This document shows, one piece after another, positions 1 through 10,290 of a DNA stretch of 64,000 bases. The translations under genes were made by a program, and so were the position numbers. Source of the stretch: an uncultured Candidatus Saccharibacteria bacterium (GTDB lineage: Bacteria; Patescibacteriota; Saccharimonadia; CAZBQI01). The notes below the pieces were generated by a model. That model was not told where the DNA came from and did not search any database. It saw nothing but the letters and a program-made list of their open reading frames with translations. The stretch is from the NCBI GenBank assembly GCA_964494105.1, contig CAZBQI010000003.1:21737-85736 (forward strand). The letters run 5' to 3'. Positions within the stretch are counted from its first letter, which is position 1; every line of letters starts with the position of its first letter.

Positions 1-177
1 GCTGTCACAGAGTTGCTGGCAGAATCCTTGCCGGTGCCGGTAATTAGAATTGGCATTAATGACGAATTCGGTGAGTCCGGCACACCGCAAGAACTAGCGA
101 AGAAATTTGGACTAACAGCACCGCAAATTGCATTTACGGTCGACCAATTTATGAAAGGCAAGGAACATAAATCGTGA
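1..177 (+). CDS. transketolase C-terminal subunit, 3' end only (partial)
   Basis: Frame 1 reads AVTELLAESLPVPVIRIGINDEFGESGTPQELAKKFGLTAPQI..., matching the transketolase C-terminal motif (IGxxDxFGESG..L...GL). The stop TGA overlaps the GTG start of fba. Confidence 0.85.
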   Translation, partial: AVTELLAESLPVPVIRIGINDEFGESGTPQELAKKFGLTAPQIAFTVDQFMKGKEHKS

Positions 178-1085
178 GCAAGGAAGAGATAAAAAGACGC
201 ACAATAAAAGCCAGGAGGGCGTTTCGACGTGCCCAGCGTAACGGCTATGCCTTGGGTGCCTTCAATATTGATAATCAAGAAACGCTAGTAGCGGTGGCCC
301 AAGCGATGGCCAACAAGCACGCAGTTGCCATGGTCGAAGTCAGCCATGGTGAAGCTGAGGCGATGGGCCTAGACAATATTAGAGACATGGTTGATAACTA
401 CATTGCCATGTTTGGGATTGAGCTTTATATCAATCTAGACCACTCTCCTTCTGTTTCAGCCGCTAAGGCAGGCATTGATGCAGGCTTTGAATTTATCCAC
501 ATCGATATCAGTCAGGCTGATCATGAGGCAAACGAGAAGGAAATTATAAAGGCCACCAAAGAGGTTGTTAAGTATGCGAAGAAGACCGGTGCTTTGGTAG
601 AAAGCGAACCACACTATTTTTCCGGCGGTTCGAATGTATTTGAAGAAACCATTGATTATAATGAAGTAAAAAAAAGCTTTACAAAGCCAGAAGAAGCTAG
701 GCGGTTTATTGAAGCTACCGGTATAGATACCTATGCTGCTGCAATTGGTAACCTTCACGGCAAGTACCCAGTGCCAAAAAAGCTGGATATTAAACTACTG
801 AAGCAAATTAGAAGTGCGATACCAAAGCAAGCGTTTATTAGTTTGCACGGTGGGAGCGGAACGCCGGAGCATTACTATCGCCAAGCAATAAAAAATGGAG
901 TATCCAAAGTAAATATAAATAGCGACTTACGCTATGTTTATCGAACCGAACTTGAAAAAGCGCTAGATGCGAATAAGAATGAGTTTGCGATTGTTAAGCT
1001 TATGCCAAAAGTGATTGAATCTTTACGAGAAGTGGTAGAAGAGAAGCTCGAGATGTTTGGAGCAACAAGAAAGGCCAAAACTTAA
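174..1085 (+). CDS. fba: class II fructose-bisphosphate aldolase
   Basis: Motifs GAFN, NLDH, GNLHG, LHGGSG, KVNINSDLR. Confidence 0.93.
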   Translation: MSKEEIKRRTIKARRAFRRAQRNGYALGAFNIDNQETLVAVAQAMANKHAVAMVEVSHGEAEAMGLDNIRDMVDNYIAMFGIELYINLDHSPSVSAAKAGIDAGFEFIHIDISQADHEANEKEIIKATKEVVKYAKKTGALVESEPHYFSGGSNVFEETIDYNEVKKSFTKPEEARRFIEATGIDTYAAAIGNLHGKYPVPKKLDIKLLKQIRSAIPKQAFISLHGGSGTPEHYYRQAIKNGVSKVNINSDLRYVYRTELEKALDANKNEFAIVKLMPKVIESLREVVEEKLEMFGATRKAKT

Positions 1086-2038
1086 TGCGAGTTATTACTG
1101 TTGGCACCGCAACACTGGATGTGTTTTTGGCAGGAGAAAACTTTCACGCCAAGCGAGACGTGCGAACACATGACTATATCGAGCAGTTCCCGTTGGGTGA
1201 AAAGATTGAAGTTGACCAAGTGGTTTTTAGTACGGGGGGTGATGCCACAAATGCTGCGGTAACTTTTGCTCGCCACGGTTTCGACACCTCATTTATGGGC
1301 AAAATTGGTGATGATCTACCCGGACGAGAAGTTGTAGCGGCACTCAAGAATGAAGGCATAAAAACATCACTAATGGCGGTTGACACAAACGGCAGCACTG
1401 ATTATTCGACACTTTTGTTGGCTCCGAATGGCGAGCGAACCGTCTTAGTATTTCATGGCTTGTCGCGTTCCCTGGCGACTATCGATTTTGATATGTCTAG
1501 GGTAAAAGGCGATTTGTTGTATGTTACATCTATGGGCGGCAATTTTAAGTTTCTGAGTGAAGTTCTTTTGGTTGCTAAGAAAGCCGGTATGAGAGTTGCA
1601 TATAACCCCGGTACAAAAGAAATTGCAGACCCAGCCAAGCTAAAAACAATGCTCAAAAATGTTGATATTCTATCCGCTAATCGAGAGGAGATGAATAAAA
1701 TTTTTGGCAAAGCCGAGCCCAAGGAATTACTGAAGAGCGCCTCTAGCTTTTGTGAATATGTACTGCTATCCGACGGATCAAAAGGAGCTTGGGCAACTGA
1801 CGGAAAACGGATATATCGAAGTGGAATTTACAAGCAAGTAAAGATTATTGATCGGACTGGTGCCGGTGATGCGTTTGGCTCTGGCTTCGTGGCCGCACTT
1901 TTAGTTAATAGGCCGATGGAACAAGCCCTAACATTTGCGAGCGCAAATTCAACTAGTGTTGTGCAGCACATTGGAGCCAAGCAAGGAATACTACACAGGA
2001 ACACCACGTTAGAACAGATGAAAATTGATGTTATCTAG
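1085..2038 (+). CDS. PfkB/ribokinase-family carbohydrate kinase
   Basis: GGDATNAA near the N-terminus and DRTGAGDAFGSGF PfkB signature; coupled to fba. Confidence 0.92.
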   Translation: MRVITVGTATLDVFLAGENFHAKRDVRTHDYIEQFPLGEKIEVDQVVFSTGGDATNAAVTFARHGFDTSFMGKIGDDLPGREVVAALKNEGIKTSLMAVDTNGSTDYSTLLLAPNGERTVLVFHGLSRSLATIDFDMSRVKGDLLYVTSMGGNFKFLSEVLLVAKKAGMRVAYNPGTKEIADPAKLKTMLKNVDILSANREEMNKIFGKAEPKELLKSASSFCEYVLLSDGSKGAWATDGKRIYRSGIYKQVKIIDRTGAGDAFGSGFVAALLVNRPMEQALTFASANSTSVVQHIGAKQGILHRNTTLEQMKIDVI

Positions 2039-2048
2039 GCTTTAGATG

Positions 2049-2618
2049 CTACCTGCCTCTAGAGAGAATAAGAAATGCGATAAGCGTATTGATTCCAAAT
2101 ATATAAATCGGGAAAGCTGCGCTAAATAAGTCCCAGCTATTTAGTGTAAGCAAGGTAATTAAGGCTGAAATGCTACCAGCAATAAATGTGTGATAGTTCT
2201 CGGTGTGAGGATGTGTAAATGATTTTCGAACCGTTGGAACTGCTGCAAATAGATCCGCAAGAAGACTAAACAACAAACCGTAGAGGGCATTATCAGTAAT
2301 TTGCCACAAAATAATTCCAATTGCTGCAAGGATGCCACAGATATAATCAAATTTAGTAAGTTTCCAATAGGCTTTTTTATCCCAGAATGAAGCTAGAAAA
2401 ATCATGAGGGGGCTAAGTGTGATCGCTAAGGTGAATATTGACTCCATGCCTACGCCTACGTCTAACTGTGAGAAAAATACAATCATTGGGGCTATAGCCC
2501 AAAGCAACCACGTGACCCTATTTGGTTTAGTTTTTCCTTTGAGCGTATCAAGGAAATAAGACACTGAGCCAAGTACAGCAATAGCTGCAGCTAAATATAT
2601 GAAATTTTCGCTTATCAT
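2049..2618 (-). CDS. multi-pass membrane protein, possibly with PQ-loop/SWEET-like repeats
   Basis: About 7 hydrophobic segments; two halves with loops KGKTKPNRVTW and PTVRKSFTHPHTE. TATAAT lies 7 nt upstream of the ATG. Confidence 0.7.
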   Translation of the reverse strand: MISENFIYLAAAIAVLGSVSYFLDTLKGKTKPNRVTWLLWAIAPMIVFFSQLDVGVGMESIFTLAITLSPLMIFLASFWDKKAYWKLTKFDYICGILAAIGIILWQITDNALYGLLFSLLADLFAAVPTVRKSFTHPHTENYHTFIAGSISALITLLTLNSWDLFSAAFPIYIFGINTLIAFLILSRGR

Positions 2619-2672
2619 TGCCTATATTATACAGACTGCCAAAAGCTTAAGCGTATTGCTATACTATCTGAT

Positions 2673-3908
2673 ATGTCACTCTTAACAAAATTACTCTTAG
2701 CGAAAGAGCCAACTATCGAGCTAGCCATTAAGCAACTTGAGGATAAAATTGGCCGCAAAGGGGTTGATACCGAACTAATTGGTGAAATTCTGCAAAAAGG
2801 CTTCAATCACGCCGCTCAGCTTGGGCTAGATTCTGACTTTAACGCCAAAGAACTATACTACTCACTTATTAATAGAGTAAAACTTGACGATGAAAGGTTG
2901 GCTCGAGCGATTGGTGGGAAAAACATTGATGATGTGGCCGAGATGATGCCGTTAATTATTAAAAAATTCGAGAGTCTAGATTTACCTCGAAAAGGGTGGT
3001 TTCTAAAAGAATCAATTGCGCGAAAGATGTTAAAAAACCATCCACCGAAAAACATTATGGCGCGATTGGGCTACAAAGATGTAACAGTGATGCTAGAAAA
3101 AGAAAATATTTTCGAAATATTTACGGCTATTCGTTTTGGCGAAAGTGGGGAATGGCTGGATAGCTTTAATCAGCAGTACAAGTCGGTCAAGTTTAAGGAC
3201 TTTGAAAACAGACGAATACATACAGTGGTATACGATTCCAAGAAGTGGGGAGATATTGCCATTCACTTTGTCCAGAAAAAGCTTCACAACATAACTCACA
3301 GCAAAGAACTTGGAGTAATTGTTGCTGTCCCGTTGCCTAAAAAAACAATGCGTGGCATTACACTCAAAGTGCTTCCACTACTTGTACACTACTGCTACGA
3401 AGTACATTTATACAGTGCGTACTTTCATTTAATTTCAGCTCAAAAAGACTTTGGCAAAAGACTTTGTGAGACGTTAATTGCCGATACTGCACGCGTACCG
3501 ATAATTGACGGTCGTCACCATGTTCATTGGCGCGTTATTCAGCGCTACTATGGCAAGCTAAAGGGCGAAGAGCATCCGGAGGTCTTCCAGCCACACGTTC
3601 AGCCAGAGGATCTGCATTGGCGTAAAGCCGAAGACGTACTATACAAGGTTGACCCTGAATTGGATTTTTGGCGAGGTATGGATTATGTGGCGCTGGATAT
3701 TGAAGGTGAGGTAGTGACATTCAACCTTATGGACGTCGAGTTTAATTATTCAAACGGAAACAGTTTTGAAGACCGTAATCTATACCACTTTCGTGAATCG
3801 CTTTGGAATGAACTCTTCGAGCGCTACATGGGGCAAAAAATATTAGAAAAAGAGATCCTGCAACAGCTTGATAACGACCTCATAGCGCCAGAAAGAATCA
3901 AGCTTTAA
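2673..3908 (+). CDS. hypothetical protein, 411 aa
   Basis: Long ORF with TGcTATACT 7 nt upstream; His/Trp-rich C-terminal half; no motif recognised. Confidence 0.75.
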   Translation: MSLLTKLLLAKEPTIELAIKQLEDKIGRKGVDTELIGEILQKGFNHAAQLGLDSDFNAKELYYSLINRVKLDDERLARAIGGKNIDDVAEMMPLIIKKFESLDLPRKGWFLKESIARKMLKNHPPKNIMARLGYKDVTVMLEKENIFEIFTAIRFGESGEWLDSFNQQYKSVKFKDFENRRIHTVVYDSKKWGDIAIHFVQKKLHNITHSKELGVIVAVPLPKKTMRGITLKVLPLLVHYCYEVHLYSAYFHLISAQKDFGKRLCETLIADTARVPIIDGRHHVHWRVIQRYYGKLKGEEHPEVFQPHVQPEDLHWRKAEDVLYKVDPELDFWRGMDYVALDIEGEVVTFNLMDVEFNYSNGNSFEDRNLYHFRESLWNELFERYMGQKILEKEILQQLDNDLIAPERIKL

Positions 3909-3948
3909 TTGCTTAAAAATAAATAGCGTCGCGGGTTATACTGGAGAG

Positions 3949-5910
3949 ATGCCCAAATTTATACTCAATTCTAAATATGCGCCAACCGGTGATCAGCCGG
4001 ATGCCATTGCCAAACTTACGGCCGGACTTGTCGACGGCAACAAAGAACAAACCTTATTGGGAGTAACCGGCTCCGGCAAAACGTTTACTATGGCGAATTT
4101 GGTTATGAACACGCAGAAGCCCACGCTTGTTATTAGCCACAACAAAACGCTAGCCGCCCAGTTATATAGCGAATTTAAGAGTTTCTTCCCAGATAATGCG
4201 GTCCACTATTTTGTTAGTTATTTCGATTATTATCAACCGGAAGCTTACATTCCGGGTAGCGATACATATATCGAGAAAGATTCTCAGATTAACGACGAGA
4301 TCGATAGGCTTCGACATGCTGCCACCAAGGCTTTGCTAACACGACGCGATGTTTTAATTGTGGCTAGTGTCAGCTGTATTTATGGCCTTGGTTCGGTAGA
4401 AGATTATGCAACATTGGCCATCAAGCTAAAGGCCGGTGAACAGCGCAAACGTGATAAATTCCTGCGCCAATTAACCGACATTCAATACGAACGCAACGAT
4501 GTTGGCTTTGAACGTGGTACTTTTCGAGCTCGTGGTGACATTGTAGATGTGTTCCCTATAGGAGATGACAATGCCTATCGAATTGAATTTTTTGGCGACG
4601 ACCTAGAGAAGATTCGCCCGCTTAATCCTCTTACCGGCGAACTAGAAAAAGAACTCCAGCAAGTAAGTATCTTCCCGGCTAGTCACTACGTAACCCCCGA
4701 AGAAAAACTAAAAAGCGCGGTGGTGAAGATCAAGTCAGAACTAGCCGAGCGCACTACATACTTGAACAAACACAATATGCTGCTCGAGGCGCAAAGGCTC
4801 CAACAACGGACTAAATACGACATTGAAATGATAGAGCAGACAGGTTTCGTGAAGGGAATAGAGAACTATTCTAGGTATTTGACAAACCGAGAGCCGGGTG
4901 ACCAACCAGCAACATTATTAGATTATTTTCCAGATGACGCCCTGTTCTTAATCGATGAAAGTCACATGACTATGCCGCAAATTCGTGGCATGTACAATGG
5001 CGACCGTGCTCGCAAACAGATGTTGGTAGATCACGGATTTCGTTTGCCTAGCGCGCTAGATAACCGCCCGCTAACATTTAGTGAATTTGAATCCCACATA
5101 AGCCAGGTTGTGTATGTATCAGCTACACCGACCGAGTACGAGCTAAATCGGTCGGCCCAGGTGGCCGAGCAAATTATCCGACCCACCGGCTTAATCGATC
5201 CGGTCATTGAAGTGCGCAAAACCGAAGGCCAAGTAGACGATTTAATTGCTGAAATTCGTGATCGAACGAGCAAACAACAACGGGTGCTTGTTACCACCTT
5301 GACCAAAAGAATGTCAGAAGACCTTAAGGATTATCTGGAAGAACTAGGCATCAAGGTTCAATATCTTCACTCGGAAGTTGAGACATTAGAACGTACTGAC
5401 ATATTAAAAGATTTACGGCTTGGCGTATACGATGTGTTGATTGGAATAAATCTATTACGCGAAGGTCTTGATTTGCCAGAGGTGAGTCTGGTGGCAATTC
5501 TTGATGCCGATAAGGAAGGTTTCTTGCGTAGCGAGCAGGCGTTAATTCAGACAATTGGCCGAGCAGCGCGCCATGTAGAAGGTAAGGTAATCATGTATGC
5601 CGATAGAATAACCGGCTCAATGGAACGAGCTATAAGTGAGACCAAGCGTCGCCGTAAAAAACAAAAAGCCTACAACGATGCCCACGGGATAACGCCAGCT
5701 GGTATAACTAAAGCCATCGACGGCGGTTTACGTGATCTCATTCCAAAAGAAGAAAAACCAGGAATTAATTTAAACAAAATACCAAAAACTGAATATGAAC
5801 ATCTTATTAAAGACCTAACGGCGCAAATGGACATGGCATCGGCAAACCTGCAGTTCGAGCATGCTGCCGAGCTTCGTGATCAGATAGCTGAAATTAAAAA
5901 AGCCCTTTAG
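3949..5910 (+). CDS. uvrB: excinuclease ABC subunit B
   Basis: [30 protein letters not shown] beta-hairpin, DESH, C-terminal UVR domain. Confidence 0.98.
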   Translation: MPKFILNSKYAPTGDQPDAIAKLTAGLVDGNKEQTLLGVTGSGKTFTMANLVMNTQKPTLVISHNKTLAAQLYSEFKSFFPDNAVHYFVSYFDYYQPEAYIPGSDTYIEKDSQINDEIDRLRHAATKALLTRRDVLIVASVSCIYGLGSVEDYATLAIKLKAGEQRKRDKFLRQLTDIQYERNDVGFERGTFRARGDIVDVFPIGDDNAYRIEFFGDDLEKIRPLNPLTGELEKELQQVSIFPASHYVTPEEKLKSAVVKIKSELAERTTYLNKHNMLLEAQRLQQRTKYDIEMIEQTGFVKGIENYSRYLTNREPGDQPATLLDYFPDDALFLIDESHMTMPQIRGMYNGDRARKQMLVDHGFRLPSALDNRPLTFSEFESHISQVVYVSATPTEYELNRSAQVAEQIIRPTGLIDPVIEVRKTEGQVDDLIAEIRDRTSKQQRVLVTTLTKRMSEDLKDYLEELGIKVQYLHSEVETLERTDILKDLRLGVYDVLIGINLLREGLDLPEVSLVAILDADKEGFLRSEQALIQTIGRAARHVEGKVIMYADRITGSMERAISETKRRRKKQKAYNDAHGITPAGITKAIDGGLRDLIPKEEKPGINLNKIPKTEYEHLIKDLTAQMDMASANLQFEHAAELRDQIAEIKKAL

Positions 5911-5959
5911 CTACTGTACTGTATATAAGAGAAGGCATATAATCTGTGCAAGAGATGCT

Positions 5960-7975
5960 ATGCATTATTTTGAAATCTATACAAACAAAGACGAATTAAA
6001 AAAAGAAGACTGGCAAAAGCTTTATACGGTGCTTGGCGCATATATTGGGCTGCTTGGTACCTTCGAGGTTATTGTCAAACTGCAAGATAATCTACTGCGG
6101 TTCTTTATCGCTTCGCAAAAAGATTTAGGCGCTGTGTCAAATAACGTCAAACTCGGCGTACTACAGGCAGTGGAACCAAGGATGGTCGGGTTACCGGAGC
6201 GAGCACACGGGAGAGAACGATTAGTCCGCCTGGTAACGGGAGGTAATATTCTTGCCTTGAAAGAGAAGATTCAGGTTAAGCGTGGCAAAGAGCTGGAATT
6301 CGTGCGAATCAAAATTCGTAGGCTAAATAATGACAAGTCTGTAACGCGAGCGTTTTTTTATTTTAAGGACGCAGCCGGGCAGTGGCAACTTGCTAAGAAG
6401 CTGATGCCAATGTTCCCGGCGCACCTACTAGCTATTGATTTCAAAAAAAGTAGTGGCTATCAGCGCAAATCACAGCCAAAATATTTAAATCTGGAAAAAT
6501 CGCTCCACATGCTTACCGGACAAAGTGATGGCGCACTCTTTCAGGTCGACGCATTCCCTTATTTTAATACGCCATACTATATAAATATTGCCAATTATGA
6601 GTTCGACAAGCACTCATTTATCGTTGGTGCCAGTGGAAGTGGAAAATCAAAATTCATAGAACTATTTGTAAAAACGCTACACGAGAGCCCATATAGAATG
6701 AACTACCGGGTGGTTGTAATCGATCCGCATGCGTCTTTGGGCGAGAGCTGGCATGATTTGCCAGACACAAAAATGATGAGTTTTAGTGATGATACGGCGG
6801 AACTCTTTCCTGGTGCTGGCACCGATATAACTGCCGGCACAGAGCTGACTACCACATTGTTCAAGTCTCTTTTAGCTGACCAGTTTAATCCACGGGCCGA
6901 GCGCGTAATTCGTTTTAGTCTATACGTGCTGATGACGGCACAGGCTATGACATTGTCGAACCTCAAGCGGTTTGTGAGCGATCTTGAGTATCGTGAGCAA
7001 ATTATGAACCATGTCAAAGATCACGTACCACCAAACATAGTCCAGTTCTTTGCCACAGACTTTAATGAGCTACGGACCAAATATCACAACGAATCAATTA
7101 CACCGGTAATTTCGCTGGTAGACGAGATGGAATTACAACCGGCATTTGTAAACCAAGGGGATCAATCACTGGCAAAACTTGTGAATGATAATTTCCTTAC
7201 GCTCTTTTCGCTAAACAAAGTTAGTATGGGCGAGAAAGTGGTAAAAACAGTTGCAGGGTTAATTATCCAGCAAGTCTTTCTATTGGCTCAGGCCAGGGCT
7301 TTTAACCAAAAAGTGATTTTAATCGTTGATGAGGTTTCTGTGGTGCAAAACCCAGCTATTGCGCAAATTTTAGCCGAGGCGCGCAAGTTTAATCTTTCAA
7401 TCTTTTTAACTCAGCAGTACTTTGGGCAAGTTGAAAAAGATTTGCAGGCAGCGATATTTAGTAATGTTATTAACTACTACAGCTTTAAGGTTTCAGAGGA
7501 AGACGCGCGAGTATTAGAAGGTAACCTGAATATTGAATTACCTAAAGAAATCGTTAAAAAAGAACACGACAAAGGTGTGAAAGAGTCGGACTACAAGGTT
7601 AAGATGCTGACGGCTCTTAGCAAGCAGGAGGCTATTGTGCGAATTTCCAGTGAAGGCAAGATTCTGCCGGCCATTAAGGCCAAGACTATGAAAGTTGAAG
7701 TTACAAAAGAGGCTAAGGCCACAGCTGAACAGTTGGTTGAGCTTGCTAAGAGTGCCGAGGGGCAGCATTTACCTGAGAAGTTTGTCGAAAAATCAATTGA
7801 TCAAGCCCCAGCACTACCATTAACCGAACAGCAGCAATCTGTTTCGGCAGTAGTACAGCAAGATGTGCAGCAGGAGCACTATGTGCCTGCTGCACAACCA
7901 GTCTCAAGCCAACCTACAAACTTGTCGGAGCTGTTGGCCCAGCATTCATCAAGTAGAGATAAACAAAAGGAGTAG
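5960..7975 (+). CDS. HerA/TraG-VirD4-like P-loop ATPase with N-terminal extension
   Basis: Walker A GASGSGKS, VVIDPH, Walker B ILIVDE, EARKFNLSIFLTQQ (arginine-finger/Q motif of the FtsK-HerA superfamily). Confidence 0.8.
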   Translation: MHYFEIYTNKDELKKEDWQKLYTVLGAYIGLLGTFEVIVKLQDNLLRFFIASQKDLGAVSNNVKLGVLQAVEPRMVGLPERAHGRERLVRLVTGGNILALKEKIQVKRGKELEFVRIKIRRLNNDKSVTRAFFYFKDAAGQWQLAKKLMPMFPAHLLAIDFKKSSGYQRKSQPKYLNLEKSLHMLTGQSDGALFQVDAFPYFNTPYYINIANYEFDKHSFIVGASGSGKSKFIELFVKTLHESPYRMNYRVVVIDPHASLGESWHDLPDTKMMSFSDDTAELFPGAGTDITAGTELTTTLFKSLLADQFNPRAERVIRFSLYVLMTAQAMTLSNLKRFVSDLEYREQIMNHVKDHVPPNIVQFFATDFNELRTKYHNESITPVISLVDEMELQPAFVNQGDQSLAKLVNDNFLTLFSLNKVSMGEKVVKTVAGLIIQQVFLLAQARAFNQKVILIVDEVSVVQNPAIAQILAEARKFNLSIFLTQQYFGQVEKDLQAAIFSNVINYYSFKVSEEDARVLEGNLNIELPKEIVKKEHDKGVKESDYKVKMLTALSKQEAIVRISSEGKILPAIKAKTMKVEVTKEAKATAEQLVELAKSAEGQHLPEKFVEKSIDQAPALPLTEQQQSVSAVVQQDVQQEHYVPAAQPVSSQPTNLSELLAQHSSSRDKQKE

Positions 7976-7977
7976 TT

Positions 7978-8673
7978 ATGGACGAAACGGCAAAACAAAT
8001 TATCGATCAAATAGTTGGACAGGTATTTGGCTACCAAAATCCCTTTACGCTTGATCAGTTTCGCCAAAAATTTGCTTTTGATGTACGTTTGCCAAGCCAA
8101 GTAAGTGACAGTACAACCGGTCAATCCACATGGGCTTCATCAATAAACCCACAGAAGTTTATGACAATGGAAAACGCGCGCAAGCGGGTAGAAGTAGATG
8201 ACTTTATGCCCAAGCCTCGGCCTCTGAATAGCATTCAAGACATGCTTTCAGCTTGGGAAGAGATAAACTACACCTCAACTGAACGACAAATTGATTCTAC
8301 AAAAGTGGGTGGTAGTGACTGTGTTTATAACTCAGAAGATGTTTATTATTCGCAAGATATTCGCCGTTCAAAGCACATAGTTTTTTCTGATAACACTGAA
8401 GAATGTGAATACGTAGTGGCCTCACAACGATCACTCACTTCAACCTATTGCATTAAGCTCGATGACAGTAAAGAATGCTCGAAAAGTTTTCAAGTTTCAT
8501 GGAGCGCCAAAGTAGCCAGCAGTATGTTTATTCATGATTGCTACGATATTTATGAGTGCATGTTTTGCTCGCACATTAGCTCAAAGAAATTTTGCATAGC
8601 AAATATGCAGTTTAGCGAAGAGGACTACAAAAGCTTAAAGCCGATGGTAGTGCAGTGGGTGCTTACACAGTAG
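7978..8673 (+). CDS. cysteine-rich repeat protein (beta-helix-like), unknown function
   Basis: C-terminal short S/C-rich repeats (SDCVYNSEDVYYS..ECEY..ECSKSF..DCYDIYECMFCSHISSKKFCIAN); AGGAG RBS; starts 2 nt after the ATPase stop. Confidence 0.72.
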   Translation: MDETAKQIIDQIVGQVFGYQNPFTLDQFRQKFAFDVRLPSQVSDSTTGQSTWASSINPQKFMTMENARKRVEVDDFMPKPRPLNSIQDMLSAWEEINYTSTERQIDSTKVGGSDCVYNSEDVYYSQDIRRSKHIVFSDNTEECEYVVASQRSLTSTYCIKLDDSKECSKSFQVSWSAKVASSMFIHDCYDIYECMFCSHISSKKFCIANMQFSEEDYKSLKPMVVQWVLTQ

Positions 8674-8674
8674 C

Positions 8675-9883
8675 TCAGGCCGCAACAAGCATATGTGGTC
8701 GAACTGTCCCATCGCTATTCACAAACGTATAGCCTTCGCTGGTATGGCCGGCTTGTGCTTGGCCAGTCTCTGTAATTTGATCATAAACTCGAAGTAGTCT
8801 ATCCATCATTTTATGATAACGAACAAGCTTCATGTGGCCTTCGTCTCCATATACAGCAAGATGTGAATTTGGCACTCGCCTAATAAAATCACGCAGAATT
8901 GCCTGTTGTGGTGCCACGTGATCTTTTTCACCGGCAATTATTTCGTGAGGGATGTCGCCGTATGCCTCGACTTCGTCCGACCCGATGGATTCATGGCTAA
9001 TCATAACTCCGAGTTTAAGTAAGGCTGCCAGCTCCTCAGGCTTAGCTGGCAGAGTTTCCAACAGTACTTTCAAGAAGTAGGGTAGCTTTTCTGGAGGGGT
9101 ACTAACTATTGACTCAACCAAATACATAAATTCTGGTAATCCAAAATCTTTGCCGAGCCCGAATAGCGACTCTTCTTCAATTCCGGCTGGTGAAATTTGT
9201 ATATCTCCAATTATTTTGATGCCATCAAAGCCGGCAGCATTTGCAGCTTGAAGGCCGCGTCTGGCGAAGATTGTACCCATTGATTCGCTGGCGAGTACAT
9301 ATTTATGCGGTAGGTCTGACCTGTTTGCCACTACCTCAGCAACAGCCTCTAGTCTGCGCAAGCCCAAGTCTGCAAAACTCACTTCATTATCTGTATACCA
9401 TTTTAACGACGGAGGTACTGTGTCAATGGCTTCTGTTCCCATGCCGATTATGGTAATACCAGGTCTGTTGCTTGAAACTTCGCCAAGACTTGCGCGAATC
9501 ATACCGCTGCGCAGACGCGTGCCCCAAGGATTAAGCCATAGAATTCCCGGCTGATCAGGATCTCCAGGCAAAACCATTACATCCCGTTGAATTCCGTCTG
9601 ATCCCTCAATATAGTTCCTTTTGCCGTCGACTATGTCTTTGAAAGCGGTAGATTCTGCTGAGGGATCACTGCTAATAAGCTGGTGCACCCCTCGTACAAA
9701 ATCAGCCTGACTCCTATATGGATGACGCAGCAAATGCAGACCGTTTTCTACAACGCTACTGCCCATTGCAATTGCTCCTAGTAGTAATTGGTGAGGCGGC
9801 ACAGGATGGTCAGATTGAAATTCGAACGCCGGATCAAATGATTCAGCGCCGGTATCTGTGCCGGGCGAAGCAACTGAAGTCAT
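8675..9883 (-). CDS. alpha/beta hydrolase fold protein
   Basis: Nucleophile elbow ASESMG, GEKD acid and EGH histidine; own promoter TTGCGT-17-TATACT and GAGGA RBS. Confidence 0.7.
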   Translation of the reverse strand: MTSVASPGTDTGAESFDPAFEFQSDHPVPPHQLLLGAIAMGSSVVENGLHLLRHPYRSQADFVRGVHQLISSDPSAESTAFKDIVDGKRNYIEGSDGIQRDVMVLPGDPDQPGILWLNPWGTRLRSGMIRASLGEVSSNRPGITIIGMGTEAIDTVPPSLKWYTDNEVSFADLGLRRLEAVAEVVANRSDLPHKYVLASESMGTIFARRGLQAANAAGFDGIKIIGDIQISPAGIEEESLFGLGKDFGLPEFMYLVESIVSTPPEKLPYFLKVLLETLPAKPEELAALLKLGVMISHESIGSDEVEAYGDIPHEIIAGEKDHVAPQQAILRDFIRRVPNSHLAVYGDEGHMKLVRYHKMMDRLLRVYDQITETGQAQAGHTSEGYTFVNSDGTVRPHMLVAA

Positions 9884-9999
9884 TTTAGTTGTTCCTCATC
9901 ACACTCTGATCATTTAAACACCATTAGTATAGGCTTAATAAATTTCAAACGCAATTCTAGTAGAAGAATCCATAAATTGTCGCTATACTTATCTGTAAT

Positions 10000-10290
10000 A
10001 TGGCAAAAATATCAAATGACTCAGCAAGTAAATTAGCCAAGCTTGCGCGACTGGCTATCACTGCTCGGCAAGCTAAGAAAATATCCGCAGAATTAGAAGC
10101 TATCCTTAACTATGTTGAACAGCTGGGTAAACTAGACGTTAGTAGCATCAATGAAGTTAGTCAGGTTACCGGTCTTGAAGATGTTTGGCGATCAGATACT
10201 GTCAAGCCTTCAAAGATTTCTCAGACGGACTTACTAGCGAATGCGCCGGCAATTGAAAATGGCTACATTAAAGTCAGGCGAGTATTGTAG
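10000..10290 (+). CDS. gatC: Asp/Glu-tRNA amidotransferase subunit C
   Basis: LAKLARL, WRSD, LLANAP...YIKV; lies upstream of gatA. Confidence 0.93.
   Translation: MAKISNDSASKLAKLARLAITARQAKKISAELEAILNYVEQLGKLDVSSINEVSQVTGLEDVWRSDTVKPSKISQTDLLANAPAIENGYIKVRRVL

Noticed and set aside
5911-5935. CTGTATATAA resembling an SOS box after uvrB
   Set aside because: The ACAG half-site is missing and it lies downstream of uvrB.
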